Origin: Antedon mediterranea
Lineage: Eukaryota > Animalia > Echinodermata
Direction: 5' to 3'
Assembly (NCBI RefSeq): GCF_964355755.1
Contig: NC_092670.1
Span: forward strand, 34,150,388 to 34,214,387
Length of the DNA: 64,000 nucleotides
Shown: positions 55,641-64,000 of the stretch, piece after piece
How positions within the stretch are numbered: position 1 is the first letter of the stretch
Layout: the number at the start of each line of letters is the position of its first letter
Program-made: the position numbers and the translations under genes
Notes under the pieces: generated by a model
The model's database searches: none
Told to the model about the DNA's origin: nothing
What the model saw: the letters and a program-made list of their open reading frames with translations, nothing else

Positions 55641-56335
55641 GGGCATTTTAGGTCATTACCTGATCATCAGGGGCATTTTAGGTCATTACCTGATCATCAG
55701 GGGCATTTTAGGTCATTACCTGATCATCAGGGGCATTTTAGGTCATTACCTGATTATCAGGGGCATTTTAGGTCATTACCTGATCATCAGGGGCATTTTA
55801 GGTCATTACCTGATCATCAGGGGCATTTTAGGTCATTACCTGATCATCAGGGGCATTTTAGGTCATTACCTGATCATCAGGGGCATTTTAGGTCATTACC
55901 TGATCATCAGGGGCATTTTAGGTCATTACCTGATCATCAGGGGCATTTTAGGTCAATACCTGATCATCAGGGGCATTTTAGGTCATTACCTGATCATCAG
56001 GGGCATTTTAGGTCATTACCTGATCATCAGGCGCATTTTAGGTCATTACCTGATCATCAGGGGCATTTTAGGTCATTACCTGATCATCAGGGGCATTTTA
56101 GGTCATTACCTGATCATCAGGGGCATTTTAGGTCATTACCTGATCATCAGGGGCATTTTAGGTCATTACCTGATCATCAGGAGCATTTTAGGTCATTACC
56201 TGATCATCAGGGGCATTTTAGGTCATTACCTGATCATCAGGGGCATTTTAGGTCATTACCTGATCATCAGGGGCATTTTAGGTCATTACTTGGCTACAAC
56301 ATACGAATCAGGGGCATTTTAGGTCATTACCTGAT
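55641..56335. repeat. 30-bp minisatellite (GGGCATTTTAGGTCATTACCTGATCATCAG), about 22 copies
   Basis: Near-perfect tandem array with no spacers; TTGGCTACAACATACGAATC occurs at 55619 and 56290. Confidence 0.97.
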
Positions 56336-58022
56336 TTCTCCCTACGAAAGTATTAACATTTATTTCTTTCAAAACAAAATAAAATAAAAAAAGAACATTT
56401 GTTTTTTTTTTACATATAACGAAAGGAATCCCATTTTTTTTGGTGTTTTTTTTTTTTGTATTACGATTAAATAAATCAATTGTTGACCAATTTATCCTGA
56501 TTAAATAACGTTTTGGGGTTTTTATTCAAAAACATTTTATTTCTAAATCCACCGTTATATCCATCAATTTGTTTGCACTGTGTTCGAGTCAGATGTTAAT
56601 CAGTAGGCCCAACTTAAAAGTATGGTTTTCGTGATCACCATAGGAGAAATTTAATTGTGTGTGTACGTGTAAGTTGTTTTCGTCGTCGTGATATCTGTTT
56701 GAACACAATATCTAATATTAAAGCCTGTGTATGAACTTTAAAAACACTGCAGCCGATATTTTCTGTAAGCCTTACTAAAACACCACCATATTTATACATT
56801 TTAATAAACTTTCTAGTAAACACTAATTATTTTCTATATTTTTAAATTCCTCTATTTTAATTTGTGTAGGGGTACAAAAAGTACAGAGATTTTAATGAGC
56901 TATTTCTATAGTGATCAGAAGAAAGTGCATTTTTTTAAAAGGAAACAATTTTGAAAAATAAAATGTGTTAATGAATTAATCGATTGGTCAATGCAACCAT
57001 AGAACAGAGGAGATAATACGGCCAAGTTTAGTAAGTTTTTGACCAGTGACGGATTAAGTTTGGGGAGGGCTTGGACGACTGGCTATTTAAATCGCGCCAT
57101 AGATATTCCTGTTTACTAGCCAATAAAAAGGTATGCCTTGTAATTAGTAATTAAAAGATTAAATAATATCAAATTATTATATATCATAATACCAATAAGA
57201 TCCAGTCCATCGATGTTCCGTTATGAACGCCGGAAACCCGGTTCCGTTGCAAGCTCTGCCAACTTTTTCTTTTCGTCTCGTTATAAGCTCACTCTTTGGA
57301 AAGGTCGTGAGCTAAGAAGAGTGGAGTACTAGTTAGTTTAAAAGGCGTTAACAAAGATGTGTAACGGTTGTTTGTATCTGGTTATTAGCGTTTTATATGC
57401 TAATATTCTTGTACCAGGATACGTGACTGCAGATCGTAAGTGAAATTTTATATTTCGACGCTGGGAATATTTTTCCGTAACCGTAATTTGTTAAGTAAAT
57501 CTATACACTTACGTGCCTGAGGTCTATGTTAGCTGGTCATTAGGTGTGGCCATAATCCAATTATTATTAAATGTGGCCGCTGTTGCAGGCCTATCTATGT
57601 TTTGGCCAGGTTAAAAAATGATCTTCAGACGGGAAATCGGTTACAGAATATTTCCTGTAGGCCTATGAATGATATTCTCGCCTACGACATACTAATACTT
57701 TTTTAGCCCATAAAGCCGGTATATACGTAGAAAATGATTGTATAGGATAAGCGGCCCTCCTTCCCAAACTTATTTTATAATCGATTTACACATTATAGGC
57801 TTATTTATGAAAATATCATATTTAAAATTAATTAAGTGTTAGGCGACACAGTACTTGCATTGCTGTGAGTACGCTTAGACTTGGACGCGCGCACACTATA
57901 TGGACACGATGATGTCAAATCACTACCATACTTGAGCATATCACCACCATATTTAGAGACATCACATTTGTCAAAATATTTTGATAGTGTAGACAGAGGT
58001 TTATACGTCCTCGTCCTAAAAT

Positions 58023-60160
58023 AAATTGACTAGTTTACTGACTAAAACTGACTGGTTGACTGACAATATAAAACTGACTGGTTGACTGTCAAAATAAACT
58101 GACTGGTTGACTGACTAAAACTGACTGGTTGACTCTGACAAAATAAACTGACTGGTTGGCTGACTGAACTGACTGGTTGACTGACAAAATAAACTGACTG
58201 GTTGGCTGACTAAAACTGACTGGTTGACTGACAAAATAAACTAACTCGTTGACTGACAAAATAAACTGACTGGTTGACTGACTAAATTGACTGGTCGACT
58301 GACTAAATAAACTGACTGCTGCTGACTGACTATTTGGGCACATCACATTTTTTTGTCAAAATAGTTTAATAGTGTAGACAGAGGTTTATACGTCCAAGTG
58401 AAAACTAAGCTTTACAACTCACATTGTGACAAAAGTTATGTATAATTATAACAGAAAGTTCGTGTGAATCAAGTCCTTGTGAAAATGGTGGAACTTGTAT
58501 CCCTGGAAACGGAGTTGGAGTGTTTAAATGTGAATGTCAAACTGGATTTGCAGAAGTAACTTGTAGTGTTGGTGAGTATCGATCAGTTATCGATTGATTG
58601 ATTGATTATACGATGATTAATCATTCATCACAAATCATGCATTTTGTTAGTTGACAATATATATGAATAATCTAGGTCCATATATTAAGATGTATTGTCC
58701 CCCAAAACATGAACATTTATGAATATGTCTTACTGAACTGACTGGTTGGCTGACTGAAACTGACTAAATAGACTGGCAGGTAAACTGACTAGTTGGTTGA
58801 CTAAATTGACTGGTTGACTGACAAAATAAACTGACTGGTTGACTGACAAAACTTAAATTGACTGGTTGGCTGACAAAATAAAGTGACTGGTTGATTGACA
58901 AAATAAACTGACTGATTAACTGACAAAATAAACTGATTGGTTGGCTGACAAAATAAAGTGATACTGGTTGGCTGACTGAACTGACTGGTTGAATGACAAA
59001 ATAAACTGACTGGATGACTGACAATATAAATTGACTGGTTTTCTGACTAAAACTGACTGGTTGACTGACAAAATAAACTGACTGGTTGACTGACAAAATA
59101 AATTTACTGGTTTACTGACTAAAAACTGACTGGTTGACTGACAAAATAAACTGACTGGTTAACTGTCAAAATAAACTGACTGGTTGACTGACTAAAACTG
59201 ACTGGTTGACTGACAAAATAAACTGACTGGTTGACTGACAAAATAAACTGACTGGTTGACGAACAAAATAAACTGACTTGTTGGCTGAATAAAACTGACT
59301 GGTTGACTGACAAAATAAACTAACTGGTTGACTGACAAAATAAACTGACTGGTTGACTGACAAAATAAACTGACTGGTTGACTGACAAAATAAATTGACT
59401 GGTTTACTGACTAAAACTGACTGGTTGACTGACAAAATAAACTGACTGGTTAACTGTCAAAATAAACTGACTGGTTGACTGACTAAAACTGACTGGTTGA
59501 CTGACAAAATAAACTGACTGGTTGACTGACAAAATAAACTGACTGGTTGACGAACAAAATAAACTGACTTGTTGGCTGAATAAAACTGACTGGTTGACTG
59601 ACAAAATAAACTAACTGGTTGACTGACAAAATAAACTGACTGGTTGACTGACAAAATAAACTGACTGGTTGGCTGAATAAAACTGGCTGGTTGACTGACA
59701 AAATAAACTAACTGGTTGACTGACAAAATAAACTGACTGGTTGACTGACAAAATAAACTGACTGGTTGACTGACAAAATAAACTGACTGGTTGACTGACA
59801 AAATAAACTGACTGGTTGACTGACAAAATAAACTGACTGGTTGGCTGACAAAATAAACTGACTGGTTGACTGACTAAAACTGACTGGTTGGCTGACTAAA
59901 TAAACTGACTGGTTGACTGACAAAATAAACTGATTGGTTGACTAACAAAATAAACTGACTGGTTTACTGACTAAATGAACTGACAGGTAAACTGACTAGT
60001 TGACTGACTAAACTGACTGATCGACTGACTAATTTGACTGGTCGACTGACTAAATAAACTGACTGCTGCTGACTGACTAAACTGACTAAACTGAACGGTT
60101 GACTGACTGACTGATCACTTAAAGCTGACTGGTCGACTGATAAAATAAACTGACTGGTTG
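58023..60160. repeat. Expanded 20-25-bp satellite (ACTGACTGGTTGACTGACAAAATAA) in two blocks, 58023-58330 and 58733-60160, flanking paralog exon 2
   Basis: Reverse complement of the 36040-36530 array. Confidence 0.95.
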
Positions 60161-60523
60161 CTAAATAATTTTGCTAAAATGACTGATTCAGGATGTGGTT
60201 TGCTAATCCATGGGCCTTCAATGATAATCCACGGTAATCCAGTGAAAGGAGTGTTTCAAATTTGTTCCTGTCGATGTCCCACCTTCTTGATTGCTAACTC
60301 ATCTAAGTGTGTAAACTCGGCCTCCTACTTTCCCTACTCAACAGCCACTGTTATATTAGGGAGAGGGGAAGGAACATTGCATTGAATTGATGCACCATAT
60401 TACATACATAAGGTACCTCGATATATAACTACCGGTCCCGCTACCGGTACCGTATTCCTTGACATTAAATAATATTAAACGGATGAGCGCTAACATAAAA
60501 CAAAACAGTACGGCAGAGTTCAT

Positions 60524-62506
60524 CAACTCAACTCAACTCAACGTAAACATTTATTTTCTTTCTTTCATTCAATAATAAAACAAATGAATAAGGTATTAAA
60601 AAAAGTAAGTACGAGTTACAAATAATACATTTCATTAATATAATATATAAACACGACAGGCAAAGAACATTAGTTCTAAACCGCCCGGTGATATACTGAA
60701 ATTTTAATTAATTAATTTGAAACGATAAAGATGAGGAAATATAATATAAATATATAGCCTAAATAGACTATTTTTAGTTACACACATATATAAATATACA
60801 TATTTATATATATAAACAAATCAGGCAAAGAACATTAACATTAATTTAATTATTTTATTTATTTGTATATATATGCATATATGTACACACACACCTATAT
60901 ATATGTATATAGGCCTATACATATATACATACATACATACACACAAACTCATCAGACAATAAACATTAATTCTAAACAGCCCGGCGATATACTGAAATAT
61001 TAATTAATTAATTTGAAACGATAAAGATGAGGAAATATAATATAAATATATAGCCAATATAGACTATTTTCAGTTACATATATATATATATATATAAATA
61101 TACAATATTTATATATAAACAAATCAGGCAAAGAATATATAAATATATATATACAAATATATATATATATATAAATCCAAAGGCAAATAACTGAAAAAAA
61201 AAATGACAATGCTGTGGGTATCAGTGGCTGGATCTCAATGGAGATACAAAAAAAGCCAGAAAAGTAAGCAGAGCTATATACATACACACACACACATACA
61301 TATATACAAATCAATTGTGTTGCATAGCACTGTGTAAATATAAATAAATAAATAAATAATTTTATTTTTTTAATATATTGATAACATCAAATAATACCTT
61401 ATATAAAAAGAACTGCAACATGTGGAAAAAAAGATGGCAATCCACGAAAGGCAAGCCTGTGATGTGGAAGCCCACACAATGAAGTAATAAATAAGTTAGA
61501 CAGAACAACAAACACACAGGTACCGAACAAACTTACAGGACACGAATCACAACACAAACAGACATCAACAAACAGAACATGCACAGACACACCCGAACAC
61601 ACATCACCAGGGGAAAACATTAATATTTAGAAATGAGGAAAGATTTGAATGTTTTATTAAATAAAAATTTAGTAGCCGAATGTTTAATTTGAAAAGGAAT
61701 TTTATTCCAATTCATGGGACCAGTATATCTGATTAAATGTTTAAAGGCGGTGAGTCTTGGTTTTGGCAAATGTAGGTCTTGTGCATGCAATACGAGTATT
61801 ATAATTATGAACTTCGTGATTAAATTTGAAAAGATGAGATGAAGGAGAATCAGCTGTCAAAGAGTCATAAATAAATGACATTTGTTGAAAAAGATTGATA
61901 TCAGCTAATTTAAGAAAATTATGTACGGAAAAAATAGGGGAAGTATGAGAAAGACGATTCGAATGGGTAATAAGCCTAATGGCCTTTTTTTGTAAAATAA
62001 TAAGTCTATCAATAGATGTCTTGTAATTATTAGCCCAAACAATATTGCAATAATTTAGGTAGGGCAAAATAAGAGAACAATATAATAAACGCAAAATTGT
62101 TAAAGGGATATAGTGAGAAAGCCTATAGATAATTCCTATATTTTTTGAAACCTTCGAAGCAACCGAATCAATATGACATTTCCATGTTAATTTAGAGTCA
62201 AGGAAAACTCCAAGAAACTGGACGGTATCAGTGAGCGGAATATTAATATTATTTAACAAAATTAAGTTATTTCCAAGAATGAAGGATTTGTTAGGACTGT
62301 GAAAAATAATAGCACTGCATTTTTTAAAGTTTACCGAAAGTTTATTAGCTAAAAAATATTTTAAAACAGACTTAAGTTCGTTGTTAACAACATCAAATAG
62401 TGTATTAATGTCACTATGCGAATATAAAATAGTGGTGTCATCAGCATATAAGAAAGACGAGAGAATGGAAGAATTATAAAAATCATTAATATAAATTATG
62501 AATAAT
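60524..62506 (-). mobile_element. 5'-truncated CR1/L2-like LINE with a long, partly duplicated 3' UTR
   Basis: LFIIYIND, YADD, FLGV, LPYLNYC, LQKKAIR; (GTTGA)n tail; TTCAT duplicated on both sides; empty site at about 33745 in the original gene. Confidence 0.92.
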
Positions 62507-62879
62507 TTCATAATTTCACTGTCAAGGGGTGGAGGATGTGGTATGGGTCAGATTTGCATCTATCCCCCCTGTAATATTGAACACTTAGGCCTACTACTCG
62601 TTCTTGTTTACAAAATATAAAGGACAATACTGTGTACTTTTGCATCTTATCGGAGTGAAAGTTTCTTTAAACGACCAAAAAAGAAAAAATCAAAAACAAA
62701 AATTGTATATTATTACTGTAGTTTAGTGTAGGCGATACTAGAACAATTCTTATAGAGTGGTCTCAATATTCCACAAAGAAATCCCGTCAACCTGAGAAGT
62801 ATACTCCGGAGTACAAGATGAACAGTAAGTCTACTGTTGTTAAGGAAAATACAGTATTTTGAAGGTGAAATGGATAGGC

Positions 62880-63990
62880 CCCTAACAATGTGCATTGTTT
62901 GCCGATGACACGATAATTTATAGAAATATATTTACTGTAGACGATGAAGTTGTTCTTCAGTGCGATCTGATCAGGCTTTCCTCTTGGTGTGATCTAAATG
63001 AAATGGAGCTTAACTTAAATAAAACCAAGGTTCTCCACATTACAAGATCAAGGAAAGAGTATAGACCTGTTTATCGTATAAATGACTTGCCTATTAAATC
63101 CGTATCTAGTCATTGTCATCTGGGGGTCACGATTAATAGTGAACTTACTTGGGATGACCATGTAAACTTAATTATTTCTCGTTCAAATCGAATGTTGGGT
63201 TTTATTACTAGTATTGCAGGAGGATCATCATCACTGTGTACTTTTGCATCTTATCGGAGTGAAAGTTTCTTTAAACGACCAAAAAAGAAAAAATCAAAAA
63301 CAAAAATTGTATATTATTACTGTAGTTTAGTGTAGGCGATACTAGAACAATTCTTATTGTTAATATTCAGCTATTTTCTCACTCTATAAAGCTCTCATTG
63401 TCCCCATCCTTGAATATGGTGTCCCAGCGTGGTTGCCTCGAACCAAAAAACTTACAGAACGTATCGAGGCAGTCCAGCGAAGGGCTACTAGGCTTGTCCT
63501 TAAACAAACAAGAGGTGAAATGGAATACGAGGAACGTCTCACTAAGCTAAATTGGCCTACACTATCTAATCGAAGAAATTATCTTCTGTTATCCTTTGTT
63601 TGTAAATCACTTATTGGAACGGTTGATTGTAGTAGTGTTCGTCAATCTTTAGTTGTTAATGGCCGTCACCTTGATACACTTAAGTTCATTCATCACTATG
63701 CTCGAACCAATTGTCTTCATCATTCCGCTATTAATATATTCCCTAGGTTGTGGGAAGAATTACCGGAAATGATTAAAAATTCTTTAATTTTAGACAGTTT
63801 TCAAATATTTTTAAATTCACTTAAATCACATGTTTTATATTGACTTTGTTGAATCGACTATTATGTATTTTATCCGTTTATTTTATATTGACACTGTTGA
63901 TTCGTCTATTTGTTTTTTAAATATTTTTATATAGTTTATTTTATATCATTGTTGTTACTTTGGGAGTACGGAACCTGAACTCTTGTTATA
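62880..63990 (+). mobile_element. 5'-truncated CR1-like LINE interrupted by a 125-bp local insertion
   Basis: LFADD, HLGV, SNRMLGFI, then LYKALIVPILEYG, IEAVQRRATR after the insert at 63233-63357. Confidence 0.9.
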
Positions 63991-64000
63991 GTGATTAGGT

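Larger units (their letters stand above)
57357..62824 (+). pseudogene. Inverted paralog or partial duplicate of the EGF/CCP/FN3 gene (exons 57357-57435, 58455-58571, truncated FN3 exon 62732-62824); may continue past the window
   Basis: Reverse-complement match to 33290-37853. Exons read [64 protein letters not shown] and [31 protein letters not shown]. The original exon-3 acceptor and 14 codons are deleted. Functional status cannot be decided here. Confidence 0.7.

Noticed and set aside
55641-56335. CRISPR-like 30-bp palindromic repeats
   Set aside because: Units are directly adjacent with no spacers, there are no cas genes, and the context is eukaryotic.
58089-59923. Many short MSVNQSVYF.. 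ORFs
   Set aside because: Translations of the 25-bp satellite.

Overview
AT-rich, intron-containing animal DNA; the repeat and SINE content suggests a marine invertebrate, possibly an echinoderm (inference). (1) 1-37.4 kb, minus strand: at least 40 coding exons of one large secreted or cell-surface protein (signal peptide, EGF, 2 FN3, about 25 more EGF and 9 Sushi/CCP modules). It grew by repeated exon-block duplication and runs off the left edge. (2) 40.3-46.6 kb, plus strand: a complete 7-coding-exon cathepsin B with a four-E-box CLEAR/M-box cluster upstream. (3) 52.7-54.6 kb, minus strand: an intronless 617-aa ORF joining three 41-aa repeats with SUMO-interacting-motif-like cores and a long poly-Ser tract to a very divergent cyclin box. 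This is the most unusual element. (4) 56.9-62.9 kb, plus strand: an inverted duplicate of the promoter and first three exons of the EGF gene, with independent LINE insertions. The rest is LINE fragments, SINEs, MITEs, Helitron-like elements and minisatellites. All coordinates were read by hand from splice signals and may be off by a few bases; no database searches were run.
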